Source: Trypanosoma brucei (lineage: Eukaryota). Taken from it: a stretch of 64,000 nucleotides of DNA. The position numbers were made by a program, and so were the translations under genes. The DNA lies in contig CP000068.1 in the NCBI GenBank assembly GCA_000002445.1, positions 384,001 through 448,000 on the forward strand, written 5' to 3'. Of the stretch, positions 11,266-21,984 are shown piece after piece (within the stretch, counting starts at the first letter, position 1; every line of letters starts with the position of its first letter). The notes below the pieces were generated by a model, which had not been told where the DNA came from, made no database searches, and saw only the letters and a program-made list of their open reading frames with translations.

Positions 11266-11801
11266 GTGATGTCGTTGTTTGTCGGTAATGACAGCGCATC
11301 CCAACTCTGATGAGCGGTCATGCCTCTGTGTGTTGGCAGTAGCTGAGGTAATGGAGGTGCGTCTAAGAGCTATGAAACGAATAAATGTGTCGTAATAAGA
11401 TTCCTGTTCTGAAACCTTAATGGGCTGCATGTATACATAAATCTATTTATGTGTGTGTGCCTGTCAAATCTTTGTTTTCAGAATCACGGAGGTGTGTTTG
11501 GGGCAACCCCTAACTTATTGCCGATTTACCTCTGTTAAGAGAGGTGAAGCAGTTACTGGACATTTCAGTGAATCAATTCATTTCCCATCAACTCGTTGTT
11601 AACTTGTCACCGATTTTTTTCTTGCTCACACTTCAAAAAAAAAATGCTCAACTGGACGGCAACGTGTAAAATTAACAAACGGACGTCAACAATCGACAAG
11701 GAAAGAATAAGATCATCAAGGTTAGCCAACTGAGCGGACCACACAAGCCAAGGACTCAAGTAACACACCTTCTTACATTGTTTTCAAAGACACGTGAGGT
11801 C

Positions 11802-12488
11802 ATGTTCTCTATGTCGCCATGCGTGCTTACAGCCCTCCTTGCAGCAGCCGTCCTTGCGGTTTTGCCGCTTTCTAGCTTCGCTTCCCCTGAGTTGACTGAA
11901 GCCGACTTCAAGCGCATGAAGATCAAGGAACTCCGCAACTTTCTGGAGGATCGCGGCCTCACGTGCCCAGGCTGCCAAGAAAAAGCTGATTTTGTGCGCG
12001 TCGCCTTCACTAACCGTGCTAAGAAGCCTCTCAGCGAGGAGGGAAAGCGCGAGATTCCCAAGGCTCCCCTTTGGGAGGTATGGAGGGACAACGCCAAGTT
12101 AGTGTGCGAGGAGGCGGCAAAGAAGCGAGGGCTCGATGTTACGGCCAAACCCCAGTCTGACATTTGCAGCGCGGTTGCACTTGTGGTGGAGAACTTCTTC
12201 ATGCAACACGGCAAGCGCGTCGCCAACAAACTGCGCAAGAACCACGAGGCACTTCTCAAGACTTCCTACAAGAACGTGTATTATGATGCTGGTCACGTAC
12301 TCCTGAAGCGTCTAACGGAGTACTGCCTTGTGTCAGAGGAGAATCAGAACAAATGCAGCTCCATCGGTTCCCTTACTACTATGCTCGAGAGTGGTAAGAT
12401 GGTAGATTTTGCGAAATGGATGACAAATGTGGGTATTGAGAACACGAACCCAATGTACGAGGTGCTAGACGGCCGTGGCGATCTTTGA
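11802..12488 (+). CDS. Secreted protein with a MANF/ARMET-like SAP-CxxC motif
   Basis: Signal-peptide-like N-terminus (MFSMSPCVLTALLAAAVLAVLPLSSFA). KIKELRNFLEDRGLTCPGCQEKADFVRV closely parallels the MANF C-terminal SAP-like domain ([31 protein letters not shown]). The track start 11778 is TTG; ATG 11802 verified. Confidence 0.6.
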   Translation: MFSMSPCVLTALLAAAVLAVLPLSSFASPELTEADFKRMKIKELRNFLEDRGLTCPGCQEKADFVRVAFTNRAKKPLSEEGKREIPKAPLWEVWRDNAKLVCEEAAKKRGLDVTAKPQSDICSAVALVVENFFMQHGKRVANKLRKNHEALLKTSYKNVYYDAGHVLLKRLTEYCLVSEENQNKCSSIGSLTTMLESGKMVDFAKWMTNVGIENTNPMYEVLDGRGDL

Positions 12489-13743
12489 GCGAGTGAATGG
12501 ATGTGATGATGAATGTGTTCGCTTGTTTGAACCATATTCTGTCCTTGCTCGTGCCCGTGTGAGGTAAATGTGGGCGAAAGGAGGAGGAGGAGTGCATAGG
12601 AATAGTGGAAGAAAAGAAAAGTAGATTTGCCATTAAATACACATACCCCTTGGAGTGCGTTTAAGCATTACTTCCTTTCTATTCTCATTATTCCTTTTGA
12701 CTCTTCTCCCTTTACTCGTTTCCTTTCTCTTTATTGTCTATGACTGTGGGTGTGTTGCTTCATGTTAGTTAACTGGTTAATGGAGAAATGGGGAAAGAGA
12801 AAAAAATATAATGAAATTTGAAAGAAGAAGGTTAAGGCCAGTGTGGATCAGAAAAAGGAGAGAGGGAATACAACTCGAACCAAGTGTTAGTGGAGGAGGG
12901 GAGTGGGAGGAAACTGAGAAAGGGGGAGGGGGGAAGAAACGGATCTTTTTTACTTTTTAAATTCTCTTTTTCCGTCAAAGGGGAGGGAATCGAAGTGGGG
13001 GAGGGGATGTGAAACGTGTTGTACCACTAGCGTGAGCTATTGATGAAAAGGAGCTGCCCTTCCTTATCTTTTTTTCTCCTCCATGAATGACGGTACGCTT
13101 TGAGGTTCTGAACTCAGCGCAACTGGGGTGTGTGCATCAGACCCCAGTGGTTATTTTTCCATTTGAAAGGAATTTTGTAATTGAGGTGGCGGTCACTTGT
13201 TTAACGTTTTATGTTGTCGCCCTCCTGTTTTTCCTCTCTTAAACGTCCCTTTACCTCTGGTGGTGTTACACCCTCTCAAATCCGGTTCCTTGCAACTCTT
13301 CCTTATCCCAAACTTGTTTCCTTTCTTTACGCTGCTGGAATGGTTGTGTGAATCCCTTCCAGTGGCATATGGAGGGGAAAAAGCTCGGTGTGGGAAGTGA
13401 CAGCACAACGCGCACGTTGTTGCTTGTGTATTTCTTTTTGTGCAGTACCTTTAACCGACTCTCTTTTTTTACTTTTTTTACTTTTCCTTTCTTTCTCCCT
13501 TCCTTTCCCAGTTTCCAAGAGTAATACGAATTAAAGCTCCATATAGAAGACAGGAAATGTAATATTTGCCACCCGCGACAACCTGCAGCAAAGCAGTACA
13601 TTAATCGGTGAGTTTACTACAGCGTATTGTCCTAACATATTTAGTACACGTGTGGAACAGTGCAATTAATTTGTTTTCCCAAATGCTTGCCTGCTCGTGT
13701 AAGGACATTTCTCCCTCGTTGGAATAAAGCGCTGCAGCCGTGA

Positions 13744-14173
13744 TTGCATCAACTGCAACGTATTATTCTTCAAGTGCATAACTTACTGTGGATGTGAGAG
13801 CACTGGCGATGCTGTAGTCATGTTCAGAATCTTTTTCCTCCTCTTCCTCACTCTCTTTCAGTACACTGCAGCCATATAGCCCGAAAGACTTGCAGAGAGC
13901 ATCAGTAAATAATATATGTAATATGTTTAATGTTTGTATGTGTGTATGCTTGTGAAGGGAGATGTGATATGATCGATGGGAATGTTTGGTTTACATAACA
14001 GCAGTCGTTGAACAGAGTTGTGTACGGAATTATTGAAAGGAAAGTAAGAAGAAACAATAGTGAGTGTCATCACCACCGCAAAGGTGCCAATTGTTTCCTC
14101 CTCCCTTTCAGTACCTTTTTGTATTTTATAACTTGGGGTGGTGTATTACTCACCATTGGAGCAGTTACGTTTA
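13744..14173 (+). repeat. Copy 2 of the 430-bp dispersed direct repeat
   Basis: See copy 1; near-identical (roughly 99 percent or more), same orientation. Confidence 0.9.
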
Positions 14174-14396
14174 CCTGAACGTAATTCGCTTTTCTCTTCC
14201 TCATTTTTGTGCTTCGTCCACCGATTTCCTTCTGATTTGGCTTTTCCCTTCGGTGTAGATGATATATATATAAATAAAACACAGTTCTCTTCTTTTGTAG
14301 ACGCTCTTTGTTGCAGTGCTGCTGTTTCTGAATTACGTTTACCGAGTTGAAACGTGGCAACTGTTAACCTTTGGTCGTGTGTCCATTTTCTTTGTA

Positions 14397-14861
14397 ATGG
14401 AAAACAAAATGTCGGCTGAGCCCCGTGTTGTGAGTAGCACAAACGTTTCACCCGACGAAGAGGAGGAGGAGGAACTTGGTCTGCCGTTGGTGCCGCTTCC
14501 TCATCAGCGTAGCCCCTTGGGGACATCATCAAAGTGTGTACAAGGCAATCATGGTGGTGATGTCGCTGCTGGTGGGAGTGATGATGATGAGGATGACCTT
14601 ATTAAATATGTTTCCAATAGTTCTTCAAAACCACTGACGTCGCGAGTAAATATGGTTTACTCCTCCGCTTCCCAGAAGCGGCCTCGCAATGACAGCGAGT
14701 TGGAGCCAGGGGCAATGGCTGCTGACATGGCAACGGAACACGCAACGCTACCAGATGACACTGATCACCCTCAGGACATGGCGGAATATGAGCGATGGAA
14801 GGACCGTGATGCCGCTAGGGCGAAAGACGAACTTATGTCCCTTTTGTCAGGGAGTGCATAG
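14397..14861 (+). CDS. Hypothetical acidic, low-complexity protein (probably disordered)
   Basis: Track ORF starts at GTG 14316; first ATG is 14397 (MENKMSAEP...). Poly-E and poly-D stretches, no recognisable domain. Lies immediately downstream of repeat copy 2. Confidence 0.45.
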   Translation: MENKMSAEPRVVSSTNVSPDEEEEEELGLPLVPLPHQRSPLGTSSKCVQGNHGGDVAAGGSDDDEDDLIKYVSNSSSKPLTSRVNMVYSSASQKRPRNDSELEPGAMAADMATEHATLPDDTDHPQDMAEYERWKDRDAARAKDELMSLLSGSA

Positions 14862-15253
14862 ACGCGAACGAAAAAAAAAGGGGGAAGTGGAGTGTTACGG
14901 AGGGGAGGCTTTTTGCCTTTGGTTAAGGTTTAGAACCTGAAGCCCTTCTACTGAGCTTGTTGATCCTTCTGTACTCGCGCACCCTTTATTGAGAGCTGCC
15001 GCAATTTCGTGTTGGTGCCTGTGCGTCTGCACACTGACTCACTACCCCTTTTGAGGTTGTTCAGTTCATTAGTCTTTTTCACTTTTGTACCGTTTGCCTT
15101 GTGGTTTCCCTCTTCAGCTCGTCAACCCCTCTTCACACAACGTGAGATGCCCTGAAGCATCTTGACAAGGATGTGATGGTTCTTTTTCTTCCCCTTCTGT
15201 TCGTTTCTTTGTAGGCGTGCGAAAGCACAGGCGTGTACACTTCGTGTGGGGTC

Positions 15254-17842
15254 ATGCAGTGGCCGTCATGGGTGCTCAGTGAGGAAAACCGCGCTCTTCA
15301 GCGCAGGGCCCAACGCGCTGCCACTGACTTGAGCGAGAAGATGGACGAAGCTGCAGCGCATCGTGAAGTTGTGGAGCTTATGCTGAGGAATATTGGACAG
15401 CTGCGGCGTGCCGTCGATTCTGCTGCGCTTGCTCTTACAGAGCAGAAAAAGTTGGAAGAAAGCGATGAGGCGGAGCTGCAACAGGTGCGGCAGGATGGTT
15501 CATACTTCCGCACTGAGCTGCAAACACTGCACCGTCGTCAAGACCAACTTCAAGAGTTATTGTTGCGGTCCGAAGCGGCACTTAAGTCAAAAACGTTGGC
15601 ACTTGAGCGGCAACAGCAGGAGTTGGCTTCAGTTCTGCATGAGCAGGAAGAATTATTGCAACAACGAGAAAATGAGGGGATCGATGGGGGGGAATTTCAA
15701 AAGCACCTGAGCGTTTTTGAAGCACAGAACCGTCAGCGCTTCGATCAACTGCAAGGAGCCTTGCAGAGGGAACAGACCACCTTCAATGCCGCTAAGGATC
15801 AACTAGACCGTGAGCGAGAGGAGTACAAGCGGGTCCAGCGTGAGCTTGCGGCCATGAGGGCAAGCATTGAGCGAGAGAAACGAGAGAAACTGAAGTCCTC
15901 CCTTACTATCCAACAGGTGCACGAACTAATGAAATCAACAGAGGCGCGGACGCTTGAGAACGCGGCGTTGTACGCCACTGGCAAGGAGTCGATGGAGTCG
16001 CAGCGAACTATGTTAATGAAGCTTCAATGTGAGGCTGAGGAGCTTGAGAGACAGCGCAAGTTGGTCGACAAACATCTGCAGGACCGTCTCCGTGAGCAGG
16101 ACAGATTAACTGCGTTGTTGAGCAGTACCACAGCTGAAGTGGAGAATCAACAGAAGGAGATGGCAAGCATGCGGCGGCAGCTATCCGCACAAAGGGATGT
16201 TAATCGAGAGCTAGCTTTGTCGCGCGATAACGCTATAATGTTGCGTGATGAGCGTTGGAATAGACAGGCGCAACTCATTCACCACGCCCAAGAGCTAAAG
16301 GTCGTGCGTGACGAAATACAAAGGCAACAAAAGGAAGGTACAAACGTTCCGGGGCCGCGCTATCTTTTACAGACCCTTGACGCTTTGAAAGCTAATGAGC
16401 GGCAGCTTGACGGCCAGATGGAGCGCCTCCGTGCGGCAAACGTTGCGTGTGTCTCGCAGCTGATGCAACACGCTAGGCAGGGCGAATCGCTAGATGGACG
16501 AATGGCAGCGGTCCGGAAGTCTCTGGCAGCTGCGGATCGTGACCACGCCCAACAGTGTCAGCTGCGTGAGCAATGCGAGCGTCAGGCGGAGGCACTAACA
16601 TCGAAGGTGGAGGAACAACAGCAGCGTCTCCAGGCGGCCCGTTTGGAAGCAGCTGCTCGCAGTGGGGCGCAATACGCCATGCTTTTGGGCAACGCGCAGG
16701 ACTTACGGGTGCGGCTGCAAGGAGAGCAACGTCGTGGCTATGAACTGCGGCGTCTCGTCGCACCCCTGCAATACACCTTGAATAGCCGCCGTCGTGCATT
16801 GTTGGAGGATGAAGAGAAGTTGGCGCATCTGGTTGGTGAGGCAGGACTGCGTGGAGCAGAGCTACAACGACTGGAGTCGGAGAAGGCGCAGTCGCAGCAG
16901 GAAAAACAGACAGCGTTACTGCTTGTGGAAGAGGCGAACTTACAGCTACAGACCCTCAATCGCTTGGCAGAATCTCGCATGGTAGCAAGTTGCGAGGCTG
17001 CCGGCATGCAGGAAATAATGCGTGGTCAAGCTTTGGCAGCCGAGGAGGCACATCAGGACGATGCAAAGAATGCGTTGCTGCTTCTGCACCTGGAGCAACG
17101 TGCTGTTTCAGATAAGCATGCGGAGCTGCGTCGTCGACAGCAGCAACTTCAAGCACTGAAAGATCGTTACCAAGACATTATGCGGTCGATGGCACGAAAC
17201 GCCGCGCTAGCAGCAAATGTAAACGTCCGTGCAGGGCAGAATTCCGATCCTTCGTCGGTTACATCGTCGTCACCATGGGAATATATGGTTGAGAAGGACG
17301 AATCTTTGTTGGCGGACACTAGCGTTGATCCAGAGGTCCTGCACGCGAAGTTCATTCTCCACGCGTCAACGACACGTGAGAAACTGTGGGAGAAGGGAAA
17401 TCAACTTGATGCTCGTGTAATGTTTCTTGAGCATGAGGTATCTGCCTTGAGGAAGATGCTTCACGCTATGCGCTCCACCGGGTCCCATCGAGAACGAACT
17501 ATAGAGGCAACGTCATCCAATTTGCCGAAGCGTTCAGAGCGGCAGAATCCAAATGACACGCAGCTTCTTACCTCCCTGCGCGAAGGTTTGACAAGGGGTC
17601 AACAAGCGGTGGAGGTTGAGCTGCAAGGTGTTAAGGAGTCACTGCAGCTTTTACAGAAGCGGATGCAAGAGGTGGGTGAAAAACATAGAAGTGAGATGAG
17701 ACGACTAAGTGAACTGCGGAGTCTGAAAGTAGGCAAAGAGGCACAGCTGCGGCGACTGAGGGATAAACTGCAACGGCAGCAAACCCAAAAAGTGCAGCAA
17801 CGTCTTAAACCTCTCTCTGCTTTGTGTGGCCGTTCAGCGTAG
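15254..17842 (+). CDS. Large coiled-coil protein (Q/E/R/L-rich), hypothetical
   Basis: About 860 aa of continuous heptad-like Q/E/R/L-rich sequence with coding-like codon usage. The track start 15233 is GTG; ATG 15254 verified. No enzymatic motif. Confidence 0.6.
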   Translation: MQWPSWVLSEENRALQRRAQRAATDLSEKMDEAAAHREVVELMLRNIGQLRRAVDSAALALTEQKKLEESDEAELQQVRQDGSYFRTELQTLHRRQDQLQELLLRSEAALKSKTLALERQQQELASVLHEQEELLQQRENEGIDGGEFQKHLSVFEAQNRQRFDQLQGALQREQTTFNAAKDQLDREREEYKRVQRELAAMRASIEREKREKLKSSLTIQQVHELMKSTEARTLENAALYATGKESMESQRTMLMKLQCEAEELERQRKLVDKHLQDRLREQDRLTALLSSTTAEVENQQKEMASMRRQLSAQRDVNRELALSRDNAIMLRDERWNRQAQLIHHAQELKVVRDEIQRQQKEGTNVPGPRYLLQTLDALKANERQLDGQMERLRAANVACVSQLMQHARQGESLDGRMAAVRKSLAAADRDHAQQCQLREQCERQAEALTSKVEEQQQRLQAARLEAAARSGAQYAMLLGNAQDLRVRLQGEQRRGYELRRLVAPLQYTLNSRRRALLEDEEKLAHLVGEAGLRGAELQRLESEKAQSQQEKQTALLLVEEANLQLQTLNRLAESRMVASCEAAGMQEIMRGQALAAEEAHQDDAKNALLLLHLEQRAVSDKHAELRRRQQQLQALKDRYQDIMRSMARNAALAANVNVRAGQNSDPSSVTSSSPWEYMVEKDESLLADTSVDPEVLHAKFILHASTTREKLWEKGNQLDARVMFLEHEVSALRKMLHAMRSTGSHRERTIEATSSNLPKRSERQNPNDTQLLTSLREGLTRGQQAVEVELQGVKESLQLLQKRMQEVGEKHRSEMRRLSELRSLKVGKEAQLRRLRDKLQRQQTQKVQQRLKPLSALCGRSA

Positions 17843-18294
17843 CGGGGTGCCAGACGCTTAGGACTCCCGAGCTGTTTGGTTTCATTGATTTTTTTTTTTA
17901 GCGTTCATTCAGTTCAGTTGTGTTTTATTTGGATTTGAGCAAGCGCCGTGCGTTCTTATGAATTGCGCCCTTGGGTTAATAGCTCCCGTCAGCTTCGCCA
18001 GGCAGCATTTTGCCTTACCGATAATCAATTTCATGCACGGACGTTCTCTTATTTTCCCCTATTGTCTTGATTTCATTTGTTTTAACAGCAATAGACACAC
18101 ATAACACTACCGTCTAGAAGTATCAACAGCAGGAGCATTGCACTTTGAAGCGCTGACATATCAGGGAAGAGAAAAATCCACCTACTTTTCCAGCGATCTA
18201 ACCCCATTAAAAACAACAACGAAAGTCACCACTGCGTCGAACCGCGCTACTCCACTCGAACGCAGACACTCACACATTAACACAAAACAGCGAA

Positions 18295-18597
18295 ATGTTT
18301 TGCTCCACTTGCGTCTCGCTGGTCGGTGTGATTTCAGCCTTGATGCTCTTAAGTTATTTGGGTTTCGTGATCATTTACGTTCCCGTCTACCGCTATTTAG
18401 CCATCACTGTGCTGTTGCTGTTGCTTTCGTACAGGCTTTCAGTTTGGCGATTCCTGCCAACAGAACGGGCGCACGTGCGGCGACTGGCAGAAAAAATAGT
18501 CGAGAGGCGACGCGCCTACGCTTTGCCAACCTCTGAGGAGCTGAGGAGTGATGTCGGTGCTAACGCTTTATATGTCCCCGCTGCCCCTTATTTATAG
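18295..18597 (+). CDS. Small two-pass membrane protein, hypothetical
   Basis: ATG 18295 verified; 100 aa. Two hydrophobic helices (LVGVISALMLLSYLGFVIIYV and LAITVLLLLLSY) followed by a basic tail. Could be spurious. Confidence 0.3.
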   Translation: MFCSTCVSLVGVISALMLLSYLGFVIIYVPVYRYLAITVLLLLLSYRLSVWRFLPTERAHVRRLAEKIVERRRAYALPTSEELRSDVGANALYVPAAPYL

Positions 18598-19407
18598 TTT
18601 TGATTTGACTTTTATTAATTAAATTAAGAAATCTTATTCTCTTTAATTATTATTTTGTTTGTTTGTTTGTTCTTTTGTTTTGTTTTGTTACCTCCGTTTG
18701 TTTCGCATCTTCCAGGGGCCACGCTATGCACAAAGAGTGGAGCTGGCGTGATTAGTGGATCATGGCGAAGAGGAGTGTTTCATTTTGTATTATTATTATT
18801 TCTTCCGGTGCTTTTCTTCCTTGGCATTACTTTTGTAGTGCTCTACGTCAGTACGTTTTTTTTGGAAGTGTGCTCGTACTCCGCCGCACTACTCCTGTTA
18901 CTACCTCTACTACTGATAAACTTCATTAACAATTGATTACGAAAAATCATGATCATAATAATGGTATCGAACAGTTAAGAAGATGACACACGCACACATG
19001 TGTGTTTGCACTCGTTTTCTATTTCATTTCTTCTCTCGTACTTTTTCTACTTCTCGTTGCCACCGTTGCTATTCGTAAATTGGGGTGCACTTAATCTCAA
19101 ACAAGCGGTAATAGTAGCGGAAGAAAGTGAGTGTTCGTCTGCTGGAGGAAAAGAAACAGCACCAGCGGGGAGGAGGAAATACCTGACGGGCTCTTGTAAG
19201 AAAGAAAGGGGGTAAACTATAAATATATACATTTGTCGGAGCATTCATTCCTCACACGTACAAAGTGGAACAAAGGTTCAACTGAAACAGTTTGAAGTGG
19301 AAAAGGAAAGAAAAGAGGGAGTGGGAAAAGGACAAAACAAAAAAGAAAGGGGAGGAAGGAAAGCCAGACTGGACCAAGCAACAAAGAGGAATCTATAGGG
19401 AAAGGGA

Positions 19408-20337
19408 ATGGCAGTCATAGTAAAGACTGGTAAGTGCGTATCACCAGGAGATGTTTTGTATGCTACTGACATCTATGATGCAATAGGCACCATAGTGGTG
19501 GCTGCATCCGATACCGGAGCTGTTAGTGCTGGTAATCATGCTGACGATGCCATTATTGCTGGGACCGGATGCTATTCTCGTGTTGTTTCCAAGTCTGATG
19601 GTGCGGTGTCAAGCCAAATCATTACGACACTTCTGGGCATTGTGCAGTGGAGTGGCAATGTCGTTTCGGTACGGCAGCCGACAAAAAGGGCCCGCGACGC
19701 CACGACAATTGAAGTGGTGTCGCTAAACGCTTTAAAGGACGCGGGTACTTGTGGAGACTCGGCTACGCCACGTTTGTCAACGCCGGGAGAAGCAACTTCA
19801 TCAGTGAGCGAAACACCGGCCTCAACTGCGGTGTCGACTGCGCCAAAGTCATTGTGGATTTCGACATCAGTATTCGGGCCCCGTATGGGAGATAATGTTC
19901 ATCTGCGTGTCGTCCGCGTATCCCGCTCCTTCGCGTATGGCGAGATCATAGCCGTAAACGGAACGTGGTGCAGTAACAGTGGTAGCAACGGTGGTGGTGG
20001 CGGGGCACTGGGTGGTTTTCGAGGTGTTATTCGGATGGAGGACATTCGCCCCTTCAAGCCCCGAAAGGATCAACTGACACCACCGCCACCTGCTGATGCT
20101 TTTCAGGATGGTGATGTGGTGGTTGCAACGGTGTTGTCACAGTCGGATGTGCGGCAGTACCAACTGAGTACTGTAGCTGAGCATTGTGGTGTTGTGGAGG
20201 CCTTCACAGTGTTGAACAGCAACGGTCGCGAGAGGCGCGTGCGATTGCGGCACATTCCCGAGTGTCGCGACATAATGAAGTGCCCACTAAGCGGTAATTT
20301 GCACCGCCGGTGGTGCCCGCTAATTCGGTTAGTCTAA
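19408..20337 (+). CDS. CSL4: Exosome complex component CSL4
   Basis: C-terminal half aligns convincingly with human EXOSC1 by eye. FRGVIRMEDIRPFKPRKDQ...DGDVVVATVLSQSDVRQYQLSTVAEHCGVVEAF matches FRGTIRKEDVRATEKDKVE...[33 protein letters not shown], and a Cys-containing ribbon follows. N-terminus has the VSPGDVLYA exosome cap-subunit start. Ser/Thr/Gly-rich insertions are present. Confidence 0.75.
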   Translation: MAVIVKTGKCVSPGDVLYATDIYDAIGTIVVAASDTGAVSAGNHADDAIIAGTGCYSRVVSKSDGAVSSQIITTLLGIVQWSGNVVSVRQPTKRARDATTIEVVSLNALKDAGTCGDSATPRLSTPGEATSSVSETPASTAVSTAPKSLWISTSVFGPRMGDNVHLRVVRVSRSFAYGEIIAVNGTWCSNSGSNGGGGGALGGFRGVIRMEDIRPFKPRKDQLTPPPPADAFQDGDVVVATVLSQSDVRQYQLSTVAEHCGVVEAFTVLNSNGRERRVRLRHIPECRDIMKCPLSGNLHRRWCPLIRLV

Positions 20338-20982
20338 GTGACTTGTCATCTCTTCGTCTTGTGCGTACGTGTGCATACGCACTGGGGTGTTTGATGCAGC
20401 AGTGGTGAATTTTAACAACTCGGTTACACGGGTTGGTACATTTTTGTATAAGGGAGGGAAGGGTGATCAGAGAAGACGGGATGCCTTTTCCTTTCGGCTC
20501 TGTTATGGTGGCTGCTGCATGCATCAACTTTGATGGGTAAAAGGTGTGGGTGGAGAATCTAAACCAGGTCGTAAATATATGGTCGCATAAACACAAATGT
20601 ATGAATGACGCTGCTGCTGCTAACCCTATCGTTTTTTTTGTGCATTTCTTTTATATAATTATTCCTTCTTTTCGTGTATGTTTCGTTTGCCATTTGTTGC
20701 TGTAGGATCGGTGTGGACGTTTTTTTTTTTTTTAATTATCATAAACAAAGTTGACAAAGATAAAAGTAGTGAATTTTCAAAGTTTTCTCTATTTCATTAA
20801 GTGCATATACAAGAGAGACTCGTTCATAACGAAGGTTGTATCACCCTGTCATCAGGAGAAGAACTGAGGCGTGAAGATATCCCAGGGAAGTTATACCATC
20901 CGATAGCAGTACTGCAACCCTTCAAGTAACTCTACAATTCTGTTTATTCCTCTACAGCTATTTGCGTCTACCCATTACTGAA

Positions 20983-21918
20983 ATGTTATTTGACTGCACT
21001 TTGCTGTCGTTGCTCGGTGCCATGGTAGCAGCTATTGGCCTCTACCGCGTGGTTCAGTTTGTACATTTAACTTTCTTCAGTACCGGCCACGACCTCAAAC
21101 GTCGCTACTCCAAAGCTGGAGATTGGGCAGTCGTAACTGGTGGGACGGAAGGTATTGGTCGGGCAGTGGCACTTGACCTCGCCAATCGTGGCTTTAATGT
21201 TTGCGTCATCTCCCGCACACAATCAAAGCTGGACGAGGTGGTAGCCGAAATTGAGAAATGCGGCACAAGGGGGCACTCCATCGCTTTCGACTTTGCAACC
21301 GCTGGTGAGGCGGAGTACAAAATGCTTTTTGCGAAGTTGGATTCGCTAGCGGTTGGGCTACTGGTTAACAACGTCGGTGTGAATTACACTTACGCCAACT
21401 ACTTTGATGAAGCGGATGTGGTGGATGACTTGCGTATCATTAAGGTCAACTGTGAGGCCACCACACGAATGACAAAGTTCTTTGCGCCGCGGATGAAGGC
21501 CCGCCGTGCCGGTGGAATTGTGCTGCTCGGTTCCTTCTCTGCAGTTACTCCAGCGCCTCTGCTCGCAACGTACGCCGGCACGAAGGCATTTAACGTTTCA
21601 TTTGGCGATGCCCTTTTCTACGAACTCAAGAAGTTTGGTGTGGATGTTTTGGTTGTGACACCAAATCTTGTTGTCAGCAGAATGACGCAAGGCGCAAGCA
21701 CCCGGGCACCGAAGGAAACGTTCCTTACCGTAGGCGCGGCTGCCATGGCGCGTCAAACGTTGAATCAACTCGGTGTTGTGAACCGCACCGCCGGCCACCG
21801 AAACCACATTATCATCGAAGCCATCGCCCGTCTCTTGCCCGAGTCTTTGCGTGGTGAAAAGATGTTGGCAATGCACGAAAGCATTAAGAAGCGAGCAGAG
21901 CGCAAGGCGAAACAGTAA
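20983..21918 (+). CDS. Short-chain dehydrogenase/reductase, 3-ketoacyl-CoA reductase (KAR/HSD17B12-like) of the ER elongase system
   Basis: N-terminal TM segment. WAVVTGGTEGIGRAVA (TGxxxGIG NAD(P)-binding motif), NNVG, catalytic YAGTKAF (YxxxK). Overall matches the very-long-chain 3-oxoacyl-CoA reductase family. The track start 20962 is TTG; ATG 20983 verified. Confidence 0.8.
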   Translation: MLFDCTLLSLLGAMVAAIGLYRVVQFVHLTFFSTGHDLKRRYSKAGDWAVVTGGTEGIGRAVALDLANRGFNVCVISRTQSKLDEVVAEIEKCGTRGHSIAFDFATAGEAEYKMLFAKLDSLAVGLLVNNVGVNYTYANYFDEADVVDDLRIIKVNCEATTRMTKFFAPRMKARRAGGIVLLGSFSAVTPAPLLATYAGTKAFNVSFGDALFYELKKFGVDVLVVTPNLVVSRMTQGASTRAPKETFLTVGAAAMARQTLNQLGVVNRTAGHRNHIIIEAIARLLPESLRGEKMLAMHESIKKRAERKAKQ

Positions 21919-21949
21919 GAACAGGTGAAGAAGAGGGTAGGGGGGGGGA

Positions 21950-21950
<1 letters not shown>

Positions 21951-21977
<27 letters not shown>
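21951..21977. repeat. Microsatellite (TA)13
   Basis: Read directly in 3' spacer after the KAR gene. Confidence 0.9.
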
Positions 21978-21984
<7 letters not shown>

